Assembly (NCBI RefSeq): GCF_000341395.1
Contig: NC_020304.1
Location: 3,360,001 to 3,392,000 of the forward strand
DNA from: Desulfocapsa sulfexigens DSM 10523
GTDB lineage: Bacteria > Desulfobacterota > Desulfobulbia > Desulfobulbales > Desulfocapsaceae
Direction: 5' to 3'
Length of the DNA: 32,000 bases
The notes under the pieces are model-generated. The model was not told where the DNA came from, searched no databases, and worked only from the letters and a program-made list of their open reading frames with translations. The translations under genes and the position numbers were made by a program. This document shows positions 9,162 to 18,484 of this stretch, in pieces; position 1 is the stretch's first letter; the number at the start of each line of letters is the position of its first letter.

Positions 9162-10979
9162 ATGGAAAATAATCCTGCAGTTGAAATACCGATCCTTGTC
9201 GTAGATGACGAAGAATCTCTGCGCCACACCTTTAAGATTTTTCTAAAACGTGAAGGCTATGGCCCAATTATACTCGCATCTAATTTCGAGGAAGCCGTAG
9301 GAGAACTGACAACCCGATCTTTTGATCTGGTAATCAGTGATATCGTCCTTGGCGGAAATTCAGGCATTGACCTTCTAAAACGAATAAGAGAACTGAATAT
9401 CACCTGCCCTGTCATAATGGTAACAGGATATCCACATGTCGATACTGCTTCAGAAGCTTTACGTTTTGGTGCCTTTGACTATATCCAGAAACCGGTAGAG
9501 AAAGATCAACTACTAAAGACGTCGCGGCTGGCCTTACAGCAATATAAACTTCAGCACGAGAAACAGAAAGCCGAAGAAGAAAAAGATCACTATCGAGCCT
9601 ACCTTGACACATTACTTAGAAGCGTTTCAGACAGTATCATCACAATAGACCAGGATCTGAACATTATTAAAATGAATCAGGCTGCTCGGTCTTTCTTCAG
9701 CCCCCTGAACCCCGCAATAAATGAGGGAGGCAATCTCTCAGTTGCGTGTGCTGATAAAAACAGCTGCTTCTTTAAAGAGGATGCTGAAAAAGTCCTGCGA
9801 TCAGGCATTGAAATCAAGGAGCACCGAATCGAATTCACAACTGAAACGATGGATCGAAAGGTTATAAGCATATGCATATCCCCTCTTGAAGATGGTCGTG
9901 GTAGCTTTCATGGCGTTGTCATCGTTATTCGTGATATGACATGTTTAATAGAGTCGGCAAGTTCCAAATTGCGTAGTTCCTTTCATCGAATGATCGGGGC
10001 AAGCCCGGCCATGCAGACTGTCTACACGATGATAGAAAATGTTGGGAAAGTTGATTCAGCAGTACTTATTACCGGAGAAAGTGGAACCGGAAAAGAACTT
10101 GCAACAGAAGCTCTGCACCTTGAAAGTCATCGTAAAAACAGACCACTCGTCAAGGTTGACTGTACGGCTATTCCCGAAAATCTCCTCGAAAGTGAACTTT
10201 TTGGTCATAAAAAAGGCTCGTTTACTGGCGCAGATCAGGATCGAATGGGAAGAATCCTTCAAGCCGATGGTGGCACACTCTTTCTCGACGAAATAGGTGA
10301 CATTCCTCCTATGATGCAACTGCGCCTCTTGCGATTCCTCCAGGAAAAAACCTTTTATCCAGTTGGTCGCGACACTTCCATTCAGGTGGATGTGAGAATT
10401 ATAGCCGCCACTAATGTAAATTTGCGGGAGAAGGTCCAACAGGGGAAATTTAGAGAGGATCTCTATTTTCGATTGAGAGTTATTGATATCATTCTGCCAC
10501 CTCTTCGAGAACGTGCCGGTGATATTCCGCTACTGGCAAATAATTTCATCCAACACTATTCCCGGAAAATGGGGAAGCCGGTATCTGGTATTTCAGATCA
10601 GGCTATGACATTGCTGACAAACTACACATGGCCTGGAAATATCAGAGAACTGGAACATGTTATTGAACGATCATGCGTGCTCTGCAATGGCTCGACGATT
10701 GCGAGTGAACAGCTTCCCATTGAAATTCAGAATCAAACAACTTTTCAGGACACTACAACCAGTTCACCACTACGACAGGGTGGCGAACTGCAGCATTCTG
10801 AAAAACCATTGTTTTCAGATCCTTTCCAGGGCAACAGTCCAGAAAGTAGAATCATTGCAGCACTGAAAAAAAGTGGTGGCAATAAGGCAAAAGCAGCCAG
10901 ACTGCTGTCCATTGATCGTTCAACCCTTTATCGAAAATTACGAGAAATGAAGATTGACCTTAGCACCTTCGACCTCTAA
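9162..10979 (+). CDS. NtrC-family sigma-54-dependent response regulator (REC-PAS-AAA+-Fis)
   Basis: Receiver ILVVDDEE...DLVISDI. Walker A GESGTGKE. GSFTGA loop (variant of GAFTGA). Fis-type HTH NKAKAARLLSIDRSTLYRKL. Confidence 0.95.
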   Translation: MENNPAVEIPILVVDDEESLRHTFKIFLKREGYGPIILASNFEEAVGELTTRSFDLVISDIVLGGNSGIDLLKRIRELNITCPVIMVTGYPHVDTASEALRFGAFDYIQKPVEKDQLLKTSRLALQQYKLQHEKQKAEEEKDHYRAYLDTLLRSVSDSIITIDQDLNIIKMNQAARSFFSPLNPAINEGGNLSVACADKNSCFFKEDAEKVLRSGIEIKEHRIEFTTETMDRKVISICISPLEDGRGSFHGVVIVIRDMTCLIESASSKLRSSFHRMIGASPAMQTVYTMIENVGKVDSAVLITGESGTGKELATEALHLESHRKNRPLVKVDCTAIPENLLESELFGHKKGSFTGADQDRMGRILQADGGTLFLDEIGDIPPMMQLRLLRFLQEKTFYPVGRDTSIQVDVRIIAATNVNLREKVQQGKFREDLYFRLRVIDIILPPLRERAGDIPLLANNFIQHYSRKMGKPVSGISDQAMTLLTNYTWPGNIRELEHVIERSCVLCNGSTIASEQLPIEIQNQTTFQDTTTSSPLRQGGELQHSEKPLFSDPFQGNSPESRIIAALKKSGGNKAKAARLLSIDRSTLYRKLREMKIDLSTFDL

Positions 10980-10993
10980 CCCCCACTGCCACT

Positions 10994-11023
10994 GCTACAC
11001 TTCTGTGGAATCAGAAGTGTAGC
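10994..11023 (+). repeat. Perfect 12 bp inverted repeat / hairpin after the activator gene
   Basis: GCTACACTTCTG-TGGAAT-CAGAAGTGTAGC, without a T tract. Confidence 0.7.
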
Positions 11024-11042
11024 ACATGCCACACTTATGTGG
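10995..11042. promoter_or_regulatory. Candidate tandem upstream activator sites
   Basis: CTACACTTCTGTGG (10995-11008) and CCACACTTATGTGG (11029-11042), centres 34 bp apart. Same motif as 5859-5872. Confidence 0.5.
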
Positions 11043-11197
11043 TGCGACCTTTCCTCAGCCACCACCCCTACCTAGACGCACTCAACATCCTGTATTTATA
11101 TGTTTTTCTCACCCACGGTGCGCATAAGAATTCATTTAATTGATATTATTCTTAAATAGAATCGAAGCAAACACATTCTAAACAAACCTAAATATAT

Positions 11198-11233
11198 TGT
11201 GTATATTCATATTGTTACAAATAAATATACACA
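11198..11233. repeat. AT-rich inverted repeat just upstream of sigma-54 promoter candidate
   Basis: TGTGTATATT (11198-11207) and AATATACACA (11224-11233), perfect 10 bp arms. Confidence 0.45.
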
Positions 11234-11244
11234 TATATCCCCAA

Positions 11245-11260
11245 TGGCACCGTATGTGCA
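11245..11260 (+). promoter_or_regulatory. Sigma-54 (-24/-12) promoter
   Basis: TGGCACCGTATGTGCA, a near-consensus TGGCAC-N7-TGCA with 10 nt between GG and GC, 46 bp before the ORF at 11307. Confidence 0.75.
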
Positions 11261-11306
11261 ATAACTCAAGCTAAAGTGGATAAGTCAGCTCTTTCAAGGA
11301 GAACTC

Positions 11307-12212
11307 ATGCAGGCCATACATTTTCACATAGAAAGCTTTCCCAAGACTCTTGATGAGTTCAAGAGGCTTTTTAATAATGAAGAGAAAAGTCTGCGTTTTC
11401 TCTTTTCAAAAAGATGGCCTAACGGTTTCGAGTGCCCTTACTGCAACTGGCTTGATGACAACCTTATACCAACCAAGACTAGAACATGCGGTCATTGTGG
11501 TCACCCAACCTCAATTACCACCAACACAATCATGCATGGAACCAAAAAGCCACTTTCACAATGGCTTATCTCCATATACTGGCTCACATCGACAGCAGGC
11601 GGAAACAGTGCTAAAGATTTGCAGCGTCTGCTGAAACTTTCAAGCTACCAGACTGCATGGACATGGCTGCAAAAGCTGCGCATGGCCATGGCCATCGCAG
11701 ACAAAAAACGGTGTAGCAAAACAGTAGAGATTTCTTCCGATACCATTTCCCTAGGTGGCGAAGCCCACAATAAACCTCTTATTCTGGCCGCTGCTGAGAT
11801 AGTCCTTCCTGCCGGAATTACAGGGAGAATAAAAATGGCAACAATTAGCTCTTTTAACTCGGAAACCGTCAACTCCTTTCTTGAGCAACATGTTGCGCCT
11901 GGTGCCTCTCTTATCACACCAGAAGATACGCAATACAAACTCATTACTGGCAACAATTTCGTGACAATTACAGACCCTGCAATTTACCGAACTAAACAAA
12001 TAATCAAAAGTTTTGAGATCTGGATCAATAAGATTCACCGAGGTGGAGTTGCAGCAAAACACCTGCAACTTTATCTCGACGAGTTTTGTTTTCGACGCAA
12101 TGCTGAAATGCTGCCGGACAGAGAAGCAATATTTAACCTTCTTCTTTCAGGCGTAATCAGTAAAAAATCGCTCTCCTACAAAAGCATCATTTCGCAATCC
12201 ACAACGGAGTAG
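11307..12212 (+). CDS. ISXO2/IS1595-like transposase-derived protein with zinc ribbon; catalytic Asp residues apparently lost
   Basis: N-terminal zinc ribbon CPYC...CGHCG. C-terminal GGVAAKHLQLYLDEFCFRRNAE resembles the ISXO2 domain end, but VEISSDTISLGG and ITPEDTQY replace VEVDET.GG and .TDGW..Y. Confidence 0.75.
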   Translation: MQAIHFHIESFPKTLDEFKRLFNNEEKSLRFLFSKRWPNGFECPYCNWLDDNLIPTKTRTCGHCGHPTSITTNTIMHGTKKPLSQWLISIYWLTSTAGGNSAKDLQRLLKLSSYQTAWTWLQKLRMAMAIADKKRCSKTVEISSDTISLGGEAHNKPLILAAAEIVLPAGITGRIKMATISSFNSETVNSFLEQHVAPGASLITPEDTQYKLITGNNFVTITDPAIYRTKQIIKSFEIWINKIHRGGVAAKHLQLYLDEFCFRRNAEMLPDREAIFNLLLSGVISKKSLSYKSIISQSTTE

Positions 12213-12215
12213 AAT

Positions 12216-14039
12216 ATGTCTCAAATCCAGACAGGATTATTGGTCCTTCTTCTTACTTTCCTTGGTGTTGTTGGATACAACGTCTATCTTCACGAAACTA
12301 CTCCCAATGATATTTCGTACACCGAGTTCGTAGAACTGCTTGAAGACGGTAAAATAAAAGATATACACCTCAAGGGTGGTGTCGTTACTGGTACAGACCT
12401 GACCCTCCATGAGTTCAGCTCTTTTATTGTTGACCTCCCTTCCATTCTCCCCCTAATTGAACGTCAGGGAGTAACAATCACAGCAGAAAAGGATAGTGAG
12501 ACTCTCAGCGGCTTTATGCAATCAATGGTTCCAGTCTTTCTTATTCTTGGCGGTTATCTTATTTTTTCAAGAATGCAGAAAGGTGATAAAGGTGGATTCG
12601 GAAAAAACAAAAGCCGCTCTTTTCACCCTAAAAAGAATACAGGAGTCACTTTTGACGACGTAGCTGGTATCAGTGAAGCCAGAACTGAGCTCGTTGAGAT
12701 TGTAGACTCATTAAAAAATCCTGAAAAATTCTCAAGGCTTGGCGGATATGTGCCAAAGGGAGTTCTCCTCCAGGGCCCTCCAGGAACCGGAAAAACTCTC
12801 CTTGCCAAGGCAATAGCCGGGGAAGCCTTAGTCCCCTTTTATTCCATTGGCGGATCCGATTTTGTTGAAATGTTTGTTGGTGTTGGGGCGTCACGGGTTC
12901 GGGAGCTTTTTACCGAAGCCAAAAAGAATTCACCATGCATCATATTTATAGATGAAATTGATGCCATAGGCGGAAAACGAAGTGGCGGAAATGCTACCGG
13001 ATCAAACGACGAACGTGAACAGACATTGAATGCGCTGCTGGTCGAGATGGATGGATTCGATTCTAACGAAACCGTTATCATCATTGGGGCAACAAACCGT
13101 CCTGACATGCTTGATCCTGCACTTTTAAGGCCCGGACGTTTTGATCGCCAGGTAACTATATCATTGCCGGATGTAAAGGGACGCCGCAACATTCTTGAGG
13201 TCTATGCAAAAAAAATAGTTATGTCTCCCAGTGTCAATCTGTCAGAGATTGCGCGATCAATCCCAGGGTTCAGTGGTGCTGAAATTGCCAACCTCGTCAA
13301 TGAGGCTGCTCTAACTGCAGCCCGTTACAACAAAAAGGCTGTTGAAACATCAGATTTTGATGAGGCAAAAGACAAGATAAGTCTCGGTCTCGAACGTAAA
13401 AATGTTGTCATCAATGAAAAAGACCGCAGGGTCACAGCATATCATGAAGCTGGCCATGCGATTACAGCAAAACTTTTGCCCGACACCGATCCCGTACACA
13501 AGATATCCATTATTCCTCGTGGGCAAGCCCTTGGCCTTACCCAGCAATTGCCTCTTGCTGATAAACACACCTACTCTCGTGACTATCTCCTTAACAGAAT
13601 CAAAATACTCATGGGTGGCAGAATAGCAGAGGAAATAATTTTTGATCATCAAACTACAGGTGCCAGCAATGATCTCGTTGGAGCAACTGAGATTGCCAGT
13701 CGTTTTGTCTGTGAATTCGGCATGAGTTCAACTATTGGCCCAATCGCCTACATGCAGGAACAGGGTGGTTTTCTAGGCGGAACAAGCACGATGAAACCCT
13801 ACAGCGAAAAAACTGCAGAACGCATCGATAATGAAATCAAAAGGGTTATTGAACAATGCTATGTGGAAACAACAGAACTTCTGACTCAGAACAGTAAATT
13901 TCTCCACAAACTCGCTGAGGCCCTTCTTGTCAACGAAACCGTGGATGGTGAAGAATTCGATATCGTCCATAACTGTTATATAAACGAAAAAAATATTGAA
14001 AAAAATTTAAAGAATAAACGCAAGGAGGAACGGCTTTAA
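12216..14039 (+). CDS. ftsH: ATP-dependent zinc metalloprotease FtsH, full length
   Basis: Two N-terminal TM helices, Walker [22 protein letters not shown] and HEAGH motifs. Paralogous to the 1-1125 ORF. Confidence 0.96.
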   Translation: MSQIQTGLLVLLLTFLGVVGYNVYLHETTPNDISYTEFVELLEDGKIKDIHLKGGVVTGTDLTLHEFSSFIVDLPSILPLIERQGVTITAEKDSETLSGFMQSMVPVFLILGGYLIFSRMQKGDKGGFGKNKSRSFHPKKNTGVTFDDVAGISEARTELVEIVDSLKNPEKFSRLGGYVPKGVLLQGPPGTGKTLLAKAIAGEALVPFYSIGGSDFVEMFVGVGASRVRELFTEAKKNSPCIIFIDEIDAIGGKRSGGNATGSNDEREQTLNALLVEMDGFDSNETVIIIGATNRPDMLDPALLRPGRFDRQVTISLPDVKGRRNILEVYAKKIVMSPSVNLSEIARSIPGFSGAEIANLVNEAALTAARYNKKAVETSDFDEAKDKISLGLERKNVVINEKDRRVTAYHEAGHAITAKLLPDTDPVHKISIIPRGQALGLTQQLPLADKHTYSRDYLLNRIKILMGGRIAEEIIFDHQTTGASNDLVGATEIASRFVCEFGMSSTIGPIAYMQEQGGFLGGTSTMKPYSEKTAERIDNEIKRVIEQCYVETTELLTQNSKFLHKLAEALLVNETVDGEEFDIVHNCYINEKNIEKNLKNKRKEERL

Positions 14040-14098
14040 AAATGAAATGATTACAGGATCACCCTGAAGTTTTGATTCATTAAAAAGGAGGAAATTTA

Positions 14099-14635
14099 AT
14101 GCGAACACGAAAGAAAATCATGAGGACAGCGTTAGCGCTTACCGTTGGTTCCTTTATGATAACACCCATCACAGCGTGGTCAATGGAGGCGTCCGATGCT
14201 CCAGAAACTGTCACCATCGACAGTATGAGTAAGTTGTACGGGCCGGTGGAATTTGATCATAGTATGCACGTTGGATACGCCAGTTGTCAGGAATGCCATC
14301 ATCACACAACCGGTGAAGTTGTAGCTGACCCGAACTGTGCCCGCTGTCACAACAGCGCAGATGAAAATGATGTTGTCAGCTGCAGTGAGTGTCATGAAGC
14401 TAACAGGTTTAACGAAAAATATCTTAAAACCCTTGAAGACCCAAAGCTTTACCACATTGACAAGCCTGGTCTGAAAGGTGCGTACCACCTCAATTGTGTT
14501 GGGTGCCATACCATCACATCTGGACCAACTGGATGTGTAGATTGTCATGCCATGACAGAGGATGGAGAGAAGATGTTTAATACGGGAGCTTTTGCCCCTG
14601 CTAAAGGAACATCATCCTCTGGTCAGAAACATTGA
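14099..14635 (+). CDS. Pentaheme c-type cytochrome (cytochrome c3 family-like)
   Basis: Signal peptide. Five CXXCH motifs (CQECH, CARCH, CSECH, CVGCH, CVDCH). SD AAGGAGG. Confidence 0.9.
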   Translation: MRTRKKIMRTALALTVGSFMITPITAWSMEASDAPETVTIDSMSKLYGPVEFDHSMHVGYASCQECHHHTTGEVVADPNCARCHNSADENDVVSCSECHEANRFNEKYLKTLEDPKLYHIDKPGLKGAYHLNCVGCHTITSGPTGCVDCHAMTEDGEKMFNTGAFAPAKGTSSSGQKH

Positions 14636-14674
14636 TCAGAACATCCAGTGACCAGTTTTATGAGAGGAAAAAAA

Positions 14675-15640
14675 ATGAAAAAACTATTTAGCCGTAGAAA
14701 TTTTCTAAAAGGCGGGCTTGCAACGACAGCAGCCGCCGCGGTACTTAAAAATAAAGAAACCAAGGCATCGGGTGACTTCGAAGGATATCCCGATGGCATG
14801 GGTGTACTCGTAGACCTGACCCGTTGTGTTGGCTGCCGATCATGTGAAGCCGCATGTAACAAGGAACAGGAACTTCCAGAACCAGCAAAACCATTCACCG
14901 ATTTTTCAATCTTCGACGAAATGCATCATGGTCAGAAAAGACGCACGGACGAAACAGCTTACACCGTAGTCAATCGGTACGATGTACCAGAACTCGACCA
15001 TCCACTATTCAGGAAATTTCAATGTAATCATTGCCAGGAACCAGCATGCCTCACCTCCTGCTTTGTTAATGCTTATACAAAAACACCTGAAGGTGCTGTT
15101 ATCTATAACTCTAAGGTCTGTGTTGGCTGCAGAACCTGTATGATAGCCTGCCCCTTCTACGTACCAACCTTTAAATATTCCAGTGCATTCAGTCCTAAAA
15201 TCATGAAGTGTGTATTCTGTTACGATACCCGCCTTAAAGAAGGAAAAGCCCCTGCATGTGTTGAGGCATGCCCACAGGAAGCATTGACCTTTGGCAAGCG
15301 TGTTGACTGTATCGATATGGGTCGCCAGCGTATTCGTGAAACTCCTGGGAAATATGTTGATCATATTTATGGCGAGCATGAGGTTGGAGGTACTGCCTGG
15401 ATGTATCTTTCCAGTGTACCTTTTGATAAAGTTGGTTTTGATACCCACGTCCCAAAAGAACCTATCATTAATTCAGTTAAAGACTTCCTTGCCATGGTAC
15501 CAATGGTACTCACCATCTGGCCTGGACTCTTTGTAGGATTCCACTTACTGGCTACACGGAAAGAGAAAATGATGGAAATGGAAAAAGAAAAAGAACTTGC
15601 CAAACAAAAAGCAACCGATGAGAAGGAGGAGCAGGTATGA
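14675..15640 (+). CDS. Tat-exported 4x[4Fe-4S] ferredoxin-like subunit with C-terminal TM anchor (HmcB/HybA-like)
   Basis: SRRNFLKGG Tat signal. CVGCRSCEAACN, CNHCQEPACLTSC, CVGCRTCMIACP, CVFCYD...CVEACP. C-terminal hydrophobic helix. Confidence 0.9.
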   Translation: MKKLFSRRNFLKGGLATTAAAAVLKNKETKASGDFEGYPDGMGVLVDLTRCVGCRSCEAACNKEQELPEPAKPFTDFSIFDEMHHGQKRRTDETAYTVVNRYDVPELDHPLFRKFQCNHCQEPACLTSCFVNAYTKTPEGAVIYNSKVCVGCRTCMIACPFYVPTFKYSSAFSPKIMKCVFCYDTRLKEGKAPACVEACPQEALTFGKRVDCIDMGRQRIRETPGKYVDHIYGEHEVGGTAWMYLSSVPFDKVGFDTHVPKEPIINSVKDFLAMVPMVLTIWPGLFVGFHLLATRKEKMMEMEKEKELAKQKATDEKEEQV

Positions 15641-16890
15641 AACTCTTTTCAAAAGAACGACCTGATATTCCAATCGTCAACCATCTCAAAGCAGATGGTA
15701 CAGAGTGGACAGTTAAAGAAAAACTCTGGTTAGGCCTGTCAGTATCAGAGTACAAAAAACAGTTTTTCAGAAATCCTGTAAACTGGCTGATGATAGCAAT
15801 TTTTGCTGTTGGTGTTCCACTTATTGTTGGACGTTATATCTTTGGTCTTGGCTGGGTAACCCATGCCTCCAATGACTATCCCTGGGGTCTTTTTCTTGGA
15901 TTCGGACTTTTTGGAATGGTCCCACTTTCAGCATCAGGATTTATGCTTGGAACAACAGTAGAGCTTTTTGGCAGAAAAGATTTTCATGCCATTGAACGCT
16001 TAGCCCTGCTCAACGGTCTTCTCGGTTACTTCTTTGCTGTACTGTTCCTTGAGGTTGACCTTGGCATGCCATGGCGTCTTCCTTACCCTATGTTCGTGTC
16101 TCTAGGACCTGCTGCCGTACTTTTTCTTGTTGCATGGCATGTTGCCACCTATCTTTCTGTTCAAATAGCAGAAGTACTCCCTGCCTTTTTTGAGTGGATT
16201 GGCTGGCTCAAAGGAAAACGTATAATCAGGAAGTATGTTCTTGGACTCACAGTAGCAGGAATTATCCTTTCTACACTCCATCAGGGAGCTCTGGGTGCAT
16301 TATTCACCTATGCACCTGCAAAAGTCCATCCATTATGGCTGTCGGTGAATTTCCAATGGATACATTTTTTCTGCTCATCTATTTTTGCAGGATTATCCAT
16401 GGTCATAATTGCATCAACACTAATTAAAAACTTCATGGGATGGCGCTGTGATGATGAATTCAAAGACAATCTTGACTACATCACCATAGGACTGGCAAAA
16501 GGTGCTTCATATGCCATGATAACATACCTGATCATCAAAATAGTTGCGGTTGCTCATGACCAGGAATGGTCATATCTTCTCACCGGATGGGGCAGTTACT
16601 ACATGTTGGAACTTGGCGTTGCAGTGGTACTTCCAATGTTTATGTTTGCCATTGGTATCAGGAATAAATGGGTAACACTCATTAGATTCGGTGCCTTTAT
16701 TGCTGCATTTGGTATCATCTGGAATCGTCTGAACACTGCTCTTATTTGTTACAACTGGCAGATGTATCAGGAAATTCCTCACTGGAAGGAAGTGTGGATA
16801 ACGATTACAATTTACTCACTCTATTTCCTGACCTACCGCTTTATCGTCTATCGCCTTCCCATCGTATATGGATGGAAGGGTGAAAAATAA
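15637..16890 (+). CDS. NrfD/HmcC/HybB-like integral membrane subunit
   Basis: Multi-TM protein. Start overlaps the stop of the FeS gene (ATGA). Similar organisation to the 3454 ORF. Confidence 0.88.
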   Translation: MKLFSKERPDIPIVNHLKADGTEWTVKEKLWLGLSVSEYKKQFFRNPVNWLMIAIFAVGVPLIVGRYIFGLGWVTHASNDYPWGLFLGFGLFGMVPLSASGFMLGTTVELFGRKDFHAIERLALLNGLLGYFFAVLFLEVDLGMPWRLPYPMFVSLGPAAVLFLVAWHVATYLSVQIAEVLPAFFEWIGWLKGKRIIRKYVLGLTVAGIILSTLHQGALGALFTYAPAKVHPLWLSVNFQWIHFFCSSIFAGLSMVIIASTLIKNFMGWRCDDEFKDNLDYITIGLAKGASYAMITYLIIKIVAVAHDQEWSYLLTGWGSYYMLELGVAVVLPMFMFAIGIRNKWVTLIRFGAFIAAFGIIWNRLNTALICYNWQMYQEIPHWKEVWITITIYSLYFLTYRFIVYRLPIVYGWKGEK

Positions 16891-16911
16891 AAATCTGTAG
16901 TCATCTTAACA

Positions 16912-16945
16912 GCCAGAGTTTCCAAGAGTATTTGGAAACTCTGGC
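16912..16945 (+). other. Intercistronic hairpin, no T tract
   Basis: Perfect 14 bp arms GCCAGAGTTTCCAA-GAGTAT-TTGGAAACTCTGGC. Confidence 0.75.
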
Positions 16946-16980
16946 CACTTCCATACCCTACAACAAAAGAGAGATAAAAG

Positions 16981-18405
16981 ATGAGAAACTTTCTTTCAAA
17001 ACTATCCTTGAAACGTATATTCTCTCTTTTTACTGTCACAACCATAGTCCTGCTTTTCATTGTGATCTTCTTTGCAGGAAAACAGTATTTTCTCTTTCGA
17101 CATTGCGAAAAACTTGTTGACTCAAGCCAGCATCTCCTCTTTCAATTTACCGGAATAAAAGAACACATAAACGAAACCCTGCTCAGTAACGGCACACTGA
17201 ACACTCCTGAAATAAACAAGGAAATCCAAAGCCTCGACTCACAGTTACAACATATACTGGAAGACATTCTCATTCCCGAGGAATTCAAACTTAACTTTAT
17301 CAGTCAGCTCGATCTTGTAAATATCACAGTGGCATTGAGGAATTTGCAAAACAGCACTCCTCCGATCAATAACGAGCAGTTGGCGACACTTTCTGCCCAA
17401 CTCCGTAGTGTCAATTCAAAACTCACCGGTTTTCATGAATTGATAAGCAGATACACCCAGACGCAGCTCCTGGGACTTCATAAAGCACTTGTTGGACTCC
17501 TTTCAATCGTAATTGCTTTGGTGAGCATCATGCTTCTCACCATAAATCGATATATAACCTCCCCCATCCTTCATTATTGCCGGACACGTTCTCCGAGTGA
17601 AACAGAGCCAGTAACTCTCTTTTCCCTACATAAAACAATCGAAACATTGGCAGACAATCCTGTTGCAGGATCGGTAACTAGCCCAGATGACAGTCTTGAG
17701 TTGACACGTCTCTACAGATACAGCTCAATAGGACACTTGCTTGGAGGGCTCAGTCATGAACTGACAAATATTTCGAATGGTATTCTTAATTACACCCAGG
17801 CAATTATTGACCTGAGTAATGATTCTAATTTAGATGCGGACTCTCGACAGCTACTGCACAAACTTTTTGTTGAAGAAAAAAAGATGTCTCAGCTTCTGAG
17901 CAATATGATTGCTTTTACAAGTGGTAGTGCCCAGGGACAGGCAAAAGTACTTTCTGTTGAAGAACTTTTTGAAAACATTAGGACACTCGTTCACGGAACC
18001 TTTAAAAGTGAACAAATAAACCTCAATATTAAACTCAGCAATCCGGCATTTATGCTGAAAAACCATGTAAGTGATTTACAACTTGTCATCCTTTCTGCCA
18101 TACAAAATAGCCGAACGGCCCTCAATTATCGTTATGTGGGGGTTGTCCCCGAGTCAGAAAAGAAAACAATACAGCTCTCCTTCGACGAACCTCTCCAGAA
18201 TAGCAACAGCATATGTGTCGAGATTCTTGATAACGGTGCCAGTCATTCTAAAACGGCAGATGGGAGTAAAACGACCAGGCCATGGCACAATATGAATGTC
18301 TGCAAAAGTTTTCTTCAGACCTTTGGCGGAACCCTTGAGCTCACCAGAACGAGTGACAAAACCAATCGTTGCCTTATCTGTCTTCCTTTATCAAAAGATA
18401 ATTAA
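16981..18405 (+). CDS. Membrane sensor histidine kinase-like protein with decayed ATP-lid motif
   Basis: Two TM helices around an extracytoplasmic domain, H-box LSHELTNISNGILNYTQ, N-box-like SAIQNSRTAL, EILDNG, but no GxGxG/GTGLGL G2 box. Confidence 0.85.
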   Translation: MRNFLSKLSLKRIFSLFTVTTIVLLFIVIFFAGKQYFLFRHCEKLVDSSQHLLFQFTGIKEHINETLLSNGTLNTPEINKEIQSLDSQLQHILEDILIPEEFKLNFISQLDLVNITVALRNLQNSTPPINNEQLATLSAQLRSVNSKLTGFHELISRYTQTQLLGLHKALVGLLSIVIALVSIMLLTINRYITSPILHYCRTRSPSETEPVTLFSLHKTIETLADNPVAGSVTSPDDSLELTRLYRYSSIGHLLGGLSHELTNISNGILNYTQAIIDLSNDSNLDADSRQLLHKLFVEEKKMSQLLSNMIAFTSGSAQGQAKVLSVEELFENIRTLVHGTFKSEQINLNIKLSNPAFMLKNHVSDLQLVILSAIQNSRTALNYRYVGVVPESEKKTIQLSFDEPLQNSNSICVEILDNGASHSKTADGSKTTRPWHNMNVCKSFLQTFGGTLELTRTSDKTNRCLICLPLSKDN

Positions 18406-18484
18406 TGGAAGTAATACGATAAAAAAAACGACAATATGATTACGAAACAACATATTATATTGTTTGTACTGTTCTCAGTCGAGA

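Noticed and set aside
11307-12212. Active insertion sequence
   Set aside because: No terminal inverted repeats or target duplications were noticed, the catalytic motifs look destroyed, and the gene is packed against ftsH behind a sigma-54 promoter match.
15005-15448. 147 aa minus-strand ORF opposite the FeS subunit
   Set aside because: The plus strand encodes conserved four-cluster cysteine motifs. The antisense frame shows no domain.
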